A DNA stretch of 64,000 bases from Promethearchaeati archaeon (GTDB taxonomy: Archaea; Asgardarchaeota; Heimdallarchaeia; JABLTI01), in contig JABLTI010000003.1 of assembly GCA_013166835.1 (NCBI GenBank), positions 1-64,000 on the forward strand. The letters are read 5' to 3'. Below the pieces are notes generated by a model. That model saw only the letters and a list, made by a program, of their open reading frames with translations. It was not told where the DNA came from and did not search any database. Numbering within the stretch: the stretch's first letter is position 1; each line of letters starts with the position of its first letter. The position numbers and the translations under genes are program-made. This document shows positions 10,065-20,960 of the stretch, piece after piece.

Positions 10065-12533
10065 TTATCTTGTGGGTGTCTTCTTTTTTCGTCTAACAGC
10101 AATAACAATTATAACTATGAGTATAATGAGTAATAATCCACCACCAGCTCCGATAATTATGTAGAGCATCATTGGGGATAAAGCACTGTACTCAAAGTTA
10201 ATTGTCAATCCGTAGAGATGAGCACTTGTATCTTCGGGGCCAATTATTTCAGCTCGCCAGCGAAGGTCATCACCTTTGTTAATAAATACATGTGCAATAC
10301 CAGGGGTGACTGCTTCCCAATTTAGTCCACCATCAGCTGATAGGTAATAATCAATTTGTGTTCTTGGAGGTGTGAATTGATTTACTGTAAGTGTAGCACT
10401 GATTATTTTATTGCCATTAATAATATCAACCTCTGTTGACTCAGCAATAGAAACACCTGGGTGGAAAGTAGCTCCTGGACTCAAGAAATGACGTAAAATA
10501 ATCAAATTTGACATATTAGCAACGTAAGTAAAGTCACCGCTTGTGGTGATTTTCATAGCAGAAGTAGCATTAAGATAACGAGTAGCTGTTTCAGCAGTGA
10601 AATCAGTTTCATTAATCATTAAGACACCATCTGCACCACCAGCATTCAAAACGTATGGTCCAAAATTGCTGACTCCATATGAATCTGGGAAGTCACCATC
10701 AATCCATGCTGAATCGATGTAGACAATATTTGTAGGATCGGAGACATTGTATGGAACCAACCAGTCCGAGTCGGCCATGTATGCTAAATCTCCATCTACA
10801 CAGATATCTTCACCATAACTACTAAGTGAATGAACATCATGAACAACAGGGACAAATAAATCGGTTATATCTAGGATGATAAGATTATTACCAGAACCAC
10901 CGAAATTATTCGCAAGATAGAGTTTTCGTCCTTGTGCCCAAACAGCAGTAAGGTTTGTTGCACCAGGAACAGCATAATTGATAATTACAATTGGATTTAA
11001 GGGATTTGTGAAATTAGCTATGCCAAGATTTGTTCCCATTGTTGCAAACATAATATTTCCTTGGACGCAAATATCAATCATATCAAATGCTCCGGTCATT
11101 TCATCAAGAAGCAAAATGTCACTCGGGTTTGAAACATCTAGAACATAATTAGCTGTATCAGTTGTTACGTGTGCGATATTATTATCAACATCTACTCTTA
11201 ATGCTGGACCAGCAGGGAGGGCATAATTATCAAGTAGAATAGGATTTGCTGGATCTCTAACATCTAGAGTATAGAATCCATCGGGACCACCGGCAATGTA
11301 TGCGATTCTACCAACGACGCGAACATCCCAAACTTGGAATTGGTCGAATGGATTTGGAAAGACAGTTGTTGATATATCTGGAATTCCCCAATTGGGTGAG
11401 TAACGATAAGTGTAGATACCATCTTGATCAACTGCTACAATAATTCCTCCATATAGATCAACATCATAAAGATCAGTATGTGGACCTATAGCTGCAACAC
11501 CTAATGGATGTGTTGGGTCAGCAACATCAAGAACGGTTATAGAACTACCATCTGCAACAAGTAAAGTGTTGCCTTGTTTGACCAATCTTCTAGCATAACC
11601 GCCAGTATTGTAAGATCCAATAATTGTTGGATTTGTTGGATCAACAACATTGATAATTTGAATGCCAGCTTCTCCATCTGCAACGTAAGCAAACGCACCT
11701 TCAACTATAACATCTGTTGCATTGCCAGGAGTATCAACCCAGCCGTATTCTACTGGATTATATTTGTCCTGGAAATCCATTACATAGAAACCATCATCGC
11801 TAGCTGCAATATAACCTGTTGTTCCTTCTACATCTAAGCCTAATGCTTTGTCATTTGCCCAATCGCAGATAATATTTAATGGCGCGCCAGGATCATCTGC
11901 ATAAGCAACTCCAAGAGATTTTCCACTAGTCGAATTATATATTGTATAGTAATACAAATGACCATCAATATCAATATCTGTTACAGCACCATCAACATCG
12001 AACCAATCCAAAAAAATTCCCGCTCCATTTAAGGCAGTTGGGTCTTGAACATTATAAAAGTTAATAGTTTCATCACTTGTCCCGATTGCTAGATAGTCTC
12101 CATCAACTTCGCAAGTATAGGCAGTATCTATCGAATCCCTATAGCTTAGACGTTGGATATCAAAGGGATTGTTGATATCAAAAGCATGCAATGTATAAGA
12201 TGCACCTGTATCATAACAATTGACATAAGCTTTCCTCCCTTGAACAGCTAATCCATAAGCAGGAAATTCAGTTGGAAAGAAATCTAACAACTCCAAAGAA
12301 CTATTTCTTGGAGCAAGAACCGCACCAGTGCCCCAACCAAGAGCAGTTGTAGAACCACTTCTGTAGGTTACTGATGTGAAATCTTCAACATACGAATCAG
12401 CACCTTCGATTGTGAGATTATTTCCATAATCTCCATCTTTAGGCATTGACATTGCCGGTAAAACAAACATCGGCAATACAAGAGCTACTAAAAAGCTCAA
12501 AGTAATCAATTTTCTGAAAATATTATTCTTCAA
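10065..12533 (-). CDS. LVIVD-repeat beta-propeller cell-surface protein with C-terminal membrane anchor
   Basis: Repeats such as AYVADGEAGIQIINVVDPTNP; C-terminal TM plus RRKKK; start reassigned to TTG at 12533 (AGGT upstream, signal peptide follows) instead of 12626. Confidence 0.88.
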   Translation of the reverse strand: MKNNIFRKLITLSFLVALVLPMFVLPAMSMPKDGDYGNNLTIEGADSYVEDFTSVTYRSGSTTALGWGTGAVLAPRNSSLELLDFFPTEFPAYGLAVQGRKAYVNCYDTGASYTLHAFDINNPFDIQRLSYRDSIDTAYTCEVDGDYLAIGTSDETINFYNVQDPTALNGAGIFLDWFDVDGAVTDIDIDGHLYYYTIYNSTSGKSLGVAYADDPGAPLNIICDWANDKALGLDVEGTTGYIAASDDGFYVMDFQDKYNPVEYGWVDTPGNATDVIVEGAFAYVADGEAGIQIINVVDPTNPTIIGSYNTGGYARRLVKQGNTLLVADGSSITVLDVADPTHPLGVAAIGPHTDLYDVDLYGGIIVAVDQDGIYTYRYSPNWGIPDISTTVFPNPFDQFQVWDVRVVGRIAYIAGGPDGFYTLDVRDPANPILLDNYALPAGPALRVDVDNNIAHVTTDTANYVLDVSNPSDILLLDEMTGAFDMIDICVQGNIMFATMGTNLGIANFTNPLNPIVIINYAVPGATNLTAVWAQGRKLYLANNFGGSGNNLIILDITDLFVPVVHDVHSLSSYGEDICVDGDLAYMADSDWLVPYNVSDPTNIVYIDSAWIDGDFPDSYGVSNFGPYVLNAGGADGVLMINETDFTAETATRYLNATSAMKITTSGDFTYVANMSNLIILRHFLSPGATFHPGVSIAESTEVDIINGNKIISATLTVNQFTPPRTQIDYYLSADGGLNWEAVTPGIAHVFINKGDDLRWRAEIIGPEDTSAHLYGLTINFEYSALSPMMLYIIIGAGGGLLLIILIVIIVIAVRRKKKTPTR

Positions 12534-12732
12534 AATAATAACCTTTGTTTTTTTTATAATAGTAAAATAGCTCACTATAAAATAAAAGACTATTGTAATT
12601 AATACAAAGCTTCTTTTCTCTCTCATCTGGTATTAATTAGACAATATGCCAATCATACCACAGTTTAATAATTTCTAGAGCAATAACAACATACAAAATA
12701 GTATAATTAAACTATACTCTGGTGTAATTCTC

Positions 12733-15700
12733 TTGGAAATTCTCCATTCTATTTGGGATACAAATAACTTTCATCTCTGGGCAGAGAATACTCATTTACT
12801 TGAGAGAAACATCCAAAGAGACAATCGAAACATCAACGTTCTTGAGAAAAAGCATCCTTATACTGTTAATTTTAGTAGATTGCTTGAATTACTAAAAATT
12901 ATGTCTTCAAATCTGGATGAGAGTTTAGCCTTTAGACCGAATTGGCTAGCTATGAATCTGCCTACAATAACTAATAATCCAGTTATTTCCGTCAATAAGA
13001 TTTCTGATGAACTAAAGAATGAGAAAGACTTGGAGTTTAATTATTGGCAAGTTAATACCTTGAATCTGGATTTGTATGACGCCTTAGATTTCTTGTTGTC
13101 CTTACCTGAAACACCTCCTAAAGGTGTTATCTTTAGTGATTCTCTGAAATTTTGGACTGAAGTTGCTAGATTTAGTTTGGAAATAATCTCAATTAATTCT
13201 TATTTTCCCGCTACAAAAGTGATCAACCAAGATTCCGAGAAAACTATTTTTGCAGGTATTTGGGAAGCGATTATACCTAACAGGATTCTTCAATCGTTTA
13301 ACTTACTAGTTAAATCCATGCCTTACTATTGTTTGTCTTTCTTCAATAAGAATTTGAGTTCACAAGAAATAGTTCTTACTTTCATAAATAAAACAATTGA
13401 TTCTTTTCTTCGGAAAAAACTCTCCATACATTTACCAAGGAAAAGAAATGAAGAATCCGAGAGGATTAATGAATTAATAGAGACTTGGTTCAAATCTCTC
13501 TTCAATCCCACTCAAATTGAACTTGAATGTTCTACCAAAGATTTTGCTTATTTTAATGGAATAATTCTTTCATGGCAAAAAAATATTTTTCGAGAAATCC
13601 CGGAAACATATTTTCGAACCTGCTTCAAGCTAGTTCCTCCAGATCCTGACAAAGGAGAAAGAACTTGGCGAGTGGAGTTCTATTTGCAGAATCAAGATGA
13701 TATTAGTATTATTATTCCAGCGGATGACGTTTGGAAAAGCAAAGCAGGGACAATTAGTTATTTACAAGAGAAATTTGAGGACCCACAAGAAAGATTACTG
13801 AAAGATCTAGCAGAAGCTTCAACAATTTTTCCTAAAATTAGTGAAAGTCTGGAGACAACTTTTCCAAGTAAAGTGCAACTAGATGATAGAGAAGCAATGG
13901 AATTTCTGGAAGTTTACTCTGTTCAATTAGAAGACAATGATTTCGGAGTTTTTCTGCCTTCATGGTGGAAGAATCCAAATAGCCGATTGGGTTTGACTTT
14001 AGATTTAGGAGAAGAGGATTCAACAGCTAATAAATCCTATAGTTTATTTACGTATAATTCTCTGATTGATTTTGAATGGCAATTCATCATTGATGATATG
14101 AAAATAACACTTGAGGAGTTTGAAAAACTATCAGAATTAAAGGTTCCATTTGTTCAACTTCGTGGAAAATGGCTGAAATTAGATCAAGAAGAACTAAATG
14201 AAGCTGTGGAATTCTTTAGAGAATATTACAATAATCTACGAATGAATGATATCCTTCAACTAGAGTTAGAAAATGAGGATTTTCCTGCAAGAAAGAAATT
14301 CGATTTGATAGTTAGGGGCGGTTTTAGTGATAGAATTCAAAGGGTTATAGAGAAAAGTAGAATTGAGAATCTTACTGCTCCTGAAAATTTTGTAGGGACA
14401 TTACGTTCATATCAGGAGAAGGGTTATTCTTGGCTTCGTTATTTGAAGCAATATGGTTTTGGGGCTTGTCTTGCTGATGATATGGGTTTAGGAAAAACCA
14501 TTCAAGTTATTGCTTATCTTCTTCAGGAAAAAAATGAAAATCCAACAAATGCTCCAACATTAATTATTTGTCCAACATCTATTCTAGGCAATTGGTTTAG
14601 AGAAATACAGCGTTTTGCTCCTATTCTAACAACACTAATTCACCATGGATCTAAACGCATTCTCGATGAGCGATTTGTTGAAAACGCTTCTAGTTATGAT
14701 TTAATTATAACAACTTATAACCTAGCACAAAGGGATTTTGATGTCCTTGATCAAATTAACTGGTCTACAATTGTTATAGATGAAGCTCAAAATATTAAGA
14801 ATCCTTCAACCAAACAATCTCGTAAAATTAAGAAACTAAACGGAGATTACCGAATAGCGTTAACTGGAACCCCAATTGAAAATCGTCTTACTGAATTATG
14901 GTCTATTCTTGATTTTCTTAATCCAGGATATCTTGGATCATTGAGGAAATTCAAAGAAACATATGTTACTCCTATTGAAACTAAGCAGAATTCCCAAAGT
15001 ATAAAACAACTTGCTAGATTAGTTCAACCATTCATACTTAGACGGTTGAAAACAGATCCTACTATCATTAAGGATCTTCCAGAAAAAACAGAGTTCAAAG
15101 TTTACTGCTCAATGACAGAAGAACAATGTGTTTTGTATGAAGCAGTAGTTAAAGATTTGATAAAGAGACTAAATGGAATACAAGGGATTTCAAGGAAAGG
15201 TTTGATTCTCGCAGCATTAACCAAACTAAAACAAATTTGTAATCATCCTGTCCAGTTCATGCATGAGTCTTCTTTGGATTTGAAGGATCGTTCTGGTAAA
15301 TTGGATCGATTAATTGAAATGCTAACGGAAATAATAGCAAATAACGAGAAAGCATTAATTTTCACTCAGTATGCAGAATTGGGTCAATTACTCAAAGATT
15401 ATTTACAGGTTGTTTTAGACCAAGATGTGTTGCTACTTTTTGGTGGGACACCTCAGAAAGAACGAGAAGAGTTAATTAAGAGATTTCAATGTACAGAAGA
15501 CAATTCTCCAAATATTTTCATACTCTCAATAAAAGCTGGAGGAGTAGGACTAAATCTAACAGCAGCAAACCATGTCTTTCATTTTGACCGTTGGTGGAAT
15601 CCTTCAGTAGAAAACCAAGCAACAGATAGAGCCTTTAGAATCGGACAGAAAAAGAATGTTTTCGTTCACAAATTCATCAGTGTTGGAACCTTAGAAGAGA

Positions 15701-15840
15701 ATATTGATCGATTAATCGAACAAAAGAAAGTACTTGCTGATAGTGTAATAGGAACTGGTGAATCTTGGTTGACAGAAATGTCAACAGAACAACTACGAGA
15801 AATTCTTAGTTTACGAAAATTAACTATGGGAGGGAATTGA
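12733..15840 (+). CDS. SNF2/SWI2-family helicase-like ATPase with N-terminal associated (DUF3670-like) domain
   Basis: LADDMGLGKT, DEAQNIKN, LTGTPIEN, FDRWWNP, QATDRAFRIGQ. Confidence 0.95.
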   Translation: MEILHSIWDTNNFHLWAENTHLLERNIQRDNRNINVLEKKHPYTVNFSRLLELLKIMSSNLDESLAFRPNWLAMNLPTITNNPVISVNKISDELKNEKDLEFNYWQVNTLNLDLYDALDFLLSLPETPPKGVIFSDSLKFWTEVARFSLEIISINSYFPATKVINQDSEKTIFAGIWEAIIPNRILQSFNLLVKSMPYYCLSFFNKNLSSQEIVLTFINKTIDSFLRKKLSIHLPRKRNEESERINELIETWFKSLFNPTQIELECSTKDFAYFNGIILSWQKNIFREIPETYFRTCFKLVPPDPDKGERTWRVEFYLQNQDDISIIIPADDVWKSKAGTISYLQEKFEDPQERLLKDLAEASTIFPKISESLETTFPSKVQLDDREAMEFLEVYSVQLEDNDFGVFLPSWWKNPNSRLGLTLDLGEEDSTANKSYSLFTYNSLIDFEWQFIIDDMKITLEEFEKLSELKVPFVQLRGKWLKLDQEELNEAVEFFREYYNNLRMNDILQLELENEDFPARKKFDLIVRGGFSDRIQRVIEKSRIENLTAPENFVGTLRSYQEKGYSWLRYLKQYGFGACLADDMGLGKTIQVIAYLLQEKNENPTNAPTLIICPTSILGNWFREIQRFAPILTTLIHHGSKRILDERFVENASSYDLIITTYNLAQRDFDVLDQINWSTIVIDEAQNIKNPSTKQSRKIKKLNGDYRIALTGTPIENRLTELWSILDFLNPGYLGSLRKFKETYVTPIETKQNSQSIKQLARLVQPFILRRLKTDPTIIKDLPEKTEFKVYCSMTEEQCVLYEAVVKDLIKRLNGIQGISRKGLILAALTKLKQICNHPVQFMHESSLDLKDRSGKLDRLIEMLTEIIANNEKALIFTQYAELGQLLKDYLQVVLDQDVLLLFGGTPQKEREELIKRFQCTEDNSPNIFILSIKAGGVGLNLTAANHVFHFDRWWNPSVENQATDRAFRIGQKKNVFVHKFISVGTLEENIDRLIEQKKVLADSVIGTGESWLTEMSTEQLREILSLRKLTMGGN

Positions 15841-15844
15841 ATAA

Positions 15845-16723
15845 TTGGCTACATTAGATACTAGATTAAAACATTTTCAGACGAAGTTAAGAAAAGTAAA
15901 GAATGGGATTCGTCCGAAAAATCTCGAAGGAAAATTCGGTAATAAATGGTGGTCTAAAAAATGGTTGGAATCACTGGAGTTTTTTGTTAACGATAAAAGA
16001 ATTGTCCAAGGTCGTTTTTATGCTCGAGAGGGTCAAATTAGGAGTTTAATTATAGATAAGGGTTGTATTCAAGCAAAAGTTCAAGGAACCAAAATCAAGC
16101 CTTATTCTGTAATAATAAAACTACAAGTTCTAACCGATGAAGAATGGCAAAATATACTCGAGCAAATGGCAAAAAATGCAATGCTTTTCTCGAAATTACT
16201 CATTGAAAAGTTTCCAGAAGATCTTGAGAAGATTTTTTCAAAGTTTAACTATCCTCTATTTCCTAGTAATAGTAATGATCTTCTAACTTCCTGTACTTGT
16301 GCTGATTGGGCAAATCCATGTAAACATACTGCTGCAGTATTTTACATTTTATCTGATTTCATTGAATATGATCCTTTTAAATTACTATTTATTCGTGGAA
16401 AGTCAAGAATTGAAATTAGAGAGATTCTAAGGCAGTATCAACGAATAATTGCAATACAAGAAAACAAGCCTAAAAGGAAAATTAAAAAAATCCCAAGATA
16501 CAACAATCAAGTTGAAAAGAGAATTAATTTAATATCCTTTTGGAAATCAAATGAAAAAGTAAAGTTAACTGATATAGTAAAAATTGCTAAACTAAAAAGA
16601 GAAACAAGTAATTTTGATGATTTCACAGAACCGAAACTTGTCGAATTACTAAATTTAAGCTATAAAAAGGCGAGTGAAATAGTTAATAATAAACTAACCA
16701 AATTATCTTATGAGAATGATTGA
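15845..16723 (+). CDS. SWIM zinc-finger protein (SNF2 partner)
   Basis: CTCADWANPCKH (CxC-x5-CxH); 4 bp downstream of the SNF2 gene. Confidence 0.9.
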   Translation: MATLDTRLKHFQTKLRKVKNGIRPKNLEGKFGNKWWSKKWLESLEFFVNDKRIVQGRFYAREGQIRSLIIDKGCIQAKVQGTKIKPYSVIIKLQVLTDEEWQNILEQMAKNAMLFSKLLIEKFPEDLEKIFSKFNYPLFPSNSNDLLTSCTCADWANPCKHTAAVFYILSDFIEYDPFKLLFIRGKSRIEIREILRQYQRIIAIQENKPKRKIKKIPRYNNQVEKRINLISFWKSNEKVKLTDIVKIAKLKRETSNFDDFTEPKLVELLNLSYKKASEIVNNKLTKLSYEND

Positions 16724-16745
16724 TTCATATGGTTGGATTAATTAA

Positions 16746-17645
16746 ATGAAATTTGGTATTAATTCTGAGATAGGGAAATTACATACGGTATTAATGCATA
16801 GACCTGGTGAAGAGATTAAGAAGATTACAGGTAGAACACTAGATTATTACAAGTTTAGAACTATCCCTGATTTACCTCGTCTTCAAGAAGAATTTGATGA
16901 CTTTTTGAAGATTCTTCATTATAATGGTGTTCATGTTATATTACTTACAGATTTGATTTCTGAAGTGAAATACCCAAACATGCTGTTTACTCGAGATATT
17001 GTGTCTGTTTGCAATCAAGGTTTAATTATTATGAATATGGCTGTTGAAGGAAGAGCTTTTGAGCCAATAATAGCTGAGGAAGCTCTGAAAAGGCACATAC
17101 CGGTTTTCATGAAAATTGCTGATCCAGGGAAACTTGAAGGAGGAGATGTTCTCTATTTGGATAAAAATACTATTGCCGTTGGTTATGGTCCAAGATCTAA
17201 TCATACTGGTATACAGCAGATAATACAAGGGTTTCAAGACAAAGCAATAGAAGAAATTGTTAGTATACCACTTGCAGATTATCGAGTACATTTAGATGGT
17301 GCGTTTATGATTGTTAATCATGATCTCTGTGTTATTCATGAACCATCTGTTAGCGCGAAAGAAACTTCGATAATAACAAAAGATGGTGTACGACGAACCT
17401 TTTTCATAAATTATCTAAGAGATAAGGGATATGACATCATATCAATCTCTCGTGAAGAAGCAACAGCATTTGGACCAAACATTTTTGCTATAGAATCCGG
17501 AAAAGTAATATCATATGAATGGAACGGGCGGATCATTCGTGAGCTCGAACAAAGAGGAGTAGAAGTTATTCCAATTAAAGGAACTGAGCTCGTCAAAGGA
17601 GGAGGAGGACCTCATTGCATGACTTGTCCCATTTTACGGGACTGA
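16746..17645 (+). CDS. Arginine deiminase/amidinotransferase (pentein) family enzyme
   Basis: [32 protein letters not shown]. Confidence 0.9.
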   Translation: MKFGINSEIGKLHTVLMHRPGEEIKKITGRTLDYYKFRTIPDLPRLQEEFDDFLKILHYNGVHVILLTDLISEVKYPNMLFTRDIVSVCNQGLIIMNMAVEGRAFEPIIAEEALKRHIPVFMKIADPGKLEGGDVLYLDKNTIAVGYGPRSNHTGIQQIIQGFQDKAIEEIVSIPLADYRVHLDGAFMIVNHDLCVIHEPSVSAKETSIITKDGVRRTFFINYLRDKGYDIISISREEATAFGPNIFAIESGKVISYEWNGRIIRELEQRGVEVIPIKGTELVKGGGGPHCMTCPILRD

Positions 17646-17740
17646 GCTTTTGGGAAAAAATAATTTAACTAAATATCAGAAAAGTAATTTATTTATAATT
17701 ATATACCTAATCAACATAATTTCATCTTGGAGAAACTCAA

Positions 17741-18130
17741 ATGAGTAGAAATGAAAGATACTGTTCTTTTTGTGGGAGTATTATACTACTGGATTCAAAA
17801 TTCTACGGAGCATGTGGAGCTGCAGCAGAACCGAGTGAACAACAATATAGTCCAATCGTAAGTCAAACATATAGTCCTCCACCTAGATCATCACCAGAAA
17901 TAAAAGAAAGTGAAGCACTAGGATTGGTTTCTATCTATATTGGGATTATTGGTTGTTTTATTTTCCCAGTAATTGCAAATATTATTGCGGTAATTCTTGG
18001 ACATGTTTCATACAAACGAGGGAAAAATATCCATGCAAAAATAGGCTTAGCAATTTCTTATTCAGTTATTGGTTTTTGTGTTTTACTAGCAATAATTTTG
18101 ACTTTAGTGTTTACTCTTCCGTATATTTAA
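17741..18130 (+). CDS. Zinc-ribbon plus DUF4190-like membrane protein
   Basis: CSFCG...FYGACG (degenerate ribbon), Pro/Ser linker, TM hairpin with AVILGH. Confidence 0.7.
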   Translation: MSRNERYCSFCGSIILLDSKFYGACGAAAEPSEQQYSPIVSQTYSPPPRSSPEIKESEALGLVSIYIGIIGCFIFPVIANIIAVILGHVSYKRGKNIHAKIGLAISYSVIGFCVLLAIILTLVFTLPYI

Positions 18131-19082
18131 CTTCAACACTTTTTTCCAATTTTTCTGTTTTTTTTGATTCCTTAGCACTTGCATATGAGAGAAGTAATAT
18201 CCCAATTGTAATTAAAACCAAAGCAACAGTTTTGGCTATAATTGTCCCAATGCTATCTGATTGCCACTCAGAGAAAATCACTAAACCACCAATAACCGGG
18301 ATAACTAAGCTTGCCATTGAAAACAAAGGTGAAACAATAACTGCTTTACTTTTCTGGTATCCCAATTGAAGAAAAACTGTAGACGCAATATTAAAACCTA
18401 AAAGCAAGGCAAAATAGATCCACCATTCCCACTGCTTCATCGCATCAACAAATGTTGCCCAAAAATTACTGGTGTCAAATCCACTTGTAACTGCTTTTGT
18501 GAAAATCACTCCTAAACCTGATGCTAAACCCGAAGCCAAACCATAGAGAGCACCAATAATTGAAATTTGTTTTATTAAAGAAAACAAAACCATTCCAATC
18601 ATAATTGCTGTAAATATAACAACGAAAACTATAGCTGGTATTTGTTTCAAAACATTATTCATATCAATTAAAGAATACGTCGTTTCGCTCTCTGTATTCA
18701 TTACTCCCAAAATAATTACTCCAGAAATGATTCCAAATATAGCAATAATTTCTGGCTTAGTAATTGGTTCTTTCAAGTAGAAATAGGAGAAAATAACTAG
18801 AACAACTAATCCTACACCTGCCATGGGAGTAACTAGTGATAGGGAACCAAATTCCACAGCAAATAAAAATAGGAACCATTGAACATTAACTAAAAGAAAG
18901 CCTAACATCCAAGTTTTACTTGTTAAAAAATTCTTAAGATTACGCCAAGTTGATTGTTCCTCTATTTTCGGTAATGTAGCAGCAGCTTTTTTCTCGAGAA
19001 CGAAACCAATGTTTAGCATAGAATAAGAGAGTATTGCAAAGATAATTGCCAATGCTGTTAGTACTGCAGACATTTCTGACAT
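18111..19082 (-). CDS. DMT-superfamily, NIPA-like (Mg2+) transporter
   Basis: About 9 TM segments; LSLVTPMAGVGLV..FSYFYLKE; start moved to ATG 19082 to avoid overlap with the divergent gene. Confidence 0.75.
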   Translation of the reverse strand: MSEMSAVLTALAIIFAILSYSMLNIGFVLEKKAAATLPKIEEQSTWRNLKNFLTSKTWMLGFLLVNVQWFLFLFAVEFGSLSLVTPMAGVGLVVLVIFSYFYLKEPITKPEIIAIFGIISGVIILGVMNTESETTYSLIDMNNVLKQIPAIVFVVIFTAIMIGMVLFSLIKQISIIGALYGLASGLASGLGVIFTKAVTSGFDTSNFWATFVDAMKQWEWWIYFALLLGFNIASTVFLQLGYQKSKAVIVSPLFSMASLVIPVIGGLVIFSEWQSDSIGTIIAKTVALVLITIGILLLSYASAKESKKTEKLEKSVEVKYTEE

Positions 19083-19161
19083 AATCCTATGGAAACTGAA
19101 TTTTAATAAATACAGTATTTCATATAGAATTAATTTATTATTAATATTCTTGGTGAAATAA

Positions 19162-20184
19162 TTGAACAAAGCAAAAGTCTATTTCTATAATAACATTAAG
19201 GATTATAAAACAGGATTTAACAAATTCTTGAAGATTATATCGGATGAAATGAAACCTGAAGATAAAACAGCAATCAAAATTCATTTCGGTGCAAAAAATA
19301 ATGACACTCATGTTAATCCAAAATATTTGATTGACCTACCAAAATATATCAAAAATCCTGTTTTTATTGAAAGCAATTGCTTGTATCCAGGAAACCGGCA
19401 TAGGAGTGATTCACATATTAAATTGGCTCTTGAGCATGGATTCGATTTTCTTGAGATTGATATTCTTGATGGTGAATTAGGAAGAGACTATGATGAAATT
19501 GATATTAATACCAAAAATATAAAGAAAGCAAAAATAAGCTCTGGTTTAAAACAATATAATAATCTCATAGCAATTTCTCATTTTAAAGGAACTCCTGGTC
19601 ATGGGTTTGGTGGAGCTATAAAGAATCTGGCAATGGGTATAGCTTCTCGTGCAGGTAAAATGGACATGCATTCAGGATTGGCTCCAAAAGTCAATGATGA
19701 GAAATGTACTGCATGTGGTGATTGTGTAGAAAATTGTATAGCAGATGCAATTACTCTTAATGAATTTGCTTTCATTAATCAAGAGAAATGTATTGGGTGT
19801 GCATTTTGCATCTCAGTTTGTCCTGAAAGAGCAATAATGGCTCAATTTGGTAAACGAAGAGGCAAGGAATTTTTAGAGACTTTGATTGAGTATGCCTATG
19901 CGGTTACTAAAGGTAGAAACTGGTGGTACATCAATGCGATTAATAATATTACTGAGACATGTGATTGTATGCCATATAAACAAGTGCCTTTCATGGATGA
20001 TATTGGATTAGTCTATTCTAAAGATCTAATAGCAATAGATCAAGCTTCAATAGATCTAGTAGTTGAGAAGAACAATGGCGTAGACCCTTTCAAAAAGCCT
20101 GATGTTTCAACAAATTATGTTTTGAAATATGGAGAAAAATTAGGTCTTGGAACTACAGAATATGAGTTAATCAACATAGATTGA
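19162..20184 (+). CDS. DUF362-domain Fe-S protein with 2x[4Fe-4S] ferredoxin insert
   Basis: AIKIHFG, SHFKG...FGGAIKNL, CTACGDCVENC, CIGCAFCISVCP, CDC. Confidence 0.9.
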   Translation: MNKAKVYFYNNIKDYKTGFNKFLKIISDEMKPEDKTAIKIHFGAKNNDTHVNPKYLIDLPKYIKNPVFIESNCLYPGNRHRSDSHIKLALEHGFDFLEIDILDGELGRDYDEIDINTKNIKKAKISSGLKQYNNLIAISHFKGTPGHGFGGAIKNLAMGIASRAGKMDMHSGLAPKVNDEKCTACGDCVENCIADAITLNEFAFINQEKCIGCAFCISVCPERAIMAQFGKRRGKEFLETLIEYAYAVTKGRNWWYINAINNITETCDCMPYKQVPFMDDIGLVYSKDLIAIDQASIDLVVEKNNGVDPFKKPDVSTNYVLKYGEKLGLGTTEYELINID

Positions 20185-20208
20185 TTCAGCCAAGTAAACT
20201 GGTGAAAG

Positions 20209-20226
20209 TCCCTATCTCCATAGGGA
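20209..20226 (+). terminator. Hairpin downstream of the DUF362 gene
   Basis: TCCCTAT-CTCC-ATAGGGA perfect 7-bp stem. Confidence 0.4.
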
Positions 20227-20295
20227 TCCTAATTTGTGTTCTCATTGTTAATAATCAAAGATTTATAAATTTCGTTTCTTATATTTCATATTAGT

Positions 20296-20949
20296 ATGAA
20301 AGAACTAATTAAGGACCTTAAGGAACAACTCTGCTGGGCTTCTCGAGAGATTTACCAACGTGGGTTAGTGAACATTGGTGAAGGAAATATTAGTATCAGG
20401 GTAAAAGGCAAAAATGAAATGATAATAACCCCTTCTCGAAATGATTATAGAATGCCTATGTCTGAAGATATGGTTCACATGACTTTGGCAGGAAAACTCG
20501 TTGAAGGAAACAATAAACCTTCTTCTGAATCTTATCTTCACAGAGTATTCTACAAAGCACGACCCAATGTTAATTGTATAATTCACACACACTCGCCATA
20601 TACTAGTTCCTTGTCTATTCAGCATAAAGGCATTCCAGTAATTTTTGAAGAAATGCTAATTTTCCTCGGAGGAAGTGTTCCTTGTGCTAAATATGCTATG
20701 GCGGGAACAGCGAATCTAGGAAAGAATGCAATACAATCTATGGGAAATCAAAATGTAGTAATCCTAGCAAATCATGGTTCTATTGTAGTTGGGAAAACAA
20801 TGGAGTACTGTGTCAATACTGCACAACTTGTAGAAAAAATGGCTAAAATATTTGTTCTCGCAAATTTCTCTCCAGATATCAAGAAAATTCCTGAAGAAAA
20901 GCAAGTAGATTTCAGATTGCAATTTGTAGAAGAATTTTCAACGGTTTAG
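20296..20949 (+). CDS. Class II aldolase/adducin family (FucA-like)
   Basis: EGNIS, ITPS, PSSE..LH, HTHSPY, LANHG. Confidence 0.9.
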   Translation: MKELIKDLKEQLCWASREIYQRGLVNIGEGNISIRVKGKNEMIITPSRNDYRMPMSEDMVHMTLAGKLVEGNNKPSSESYLHRVFYKARPNVNCIIHTHSPYTSSLSIQHKGIPVIFEEMLIFLGGSVPCAKYAMAGTANLGKNAIQSMGNQNVVILANHGSIVVGKTMEYCVNTAQLVEKMAKIFVLANFSPDIKKIPEEKQVDFRLQFVEEFSTV

Positions 20950-20960
20950 CCTGAAAGAAA

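Noticed and set aside
20181-20210. SECIS-like element after the TGA stop of the DUF362 gene
   Set aside because: Lacks the 3' GA of the kink-turn core; the gene has no internal TGA, and readthrough would add only a few residues
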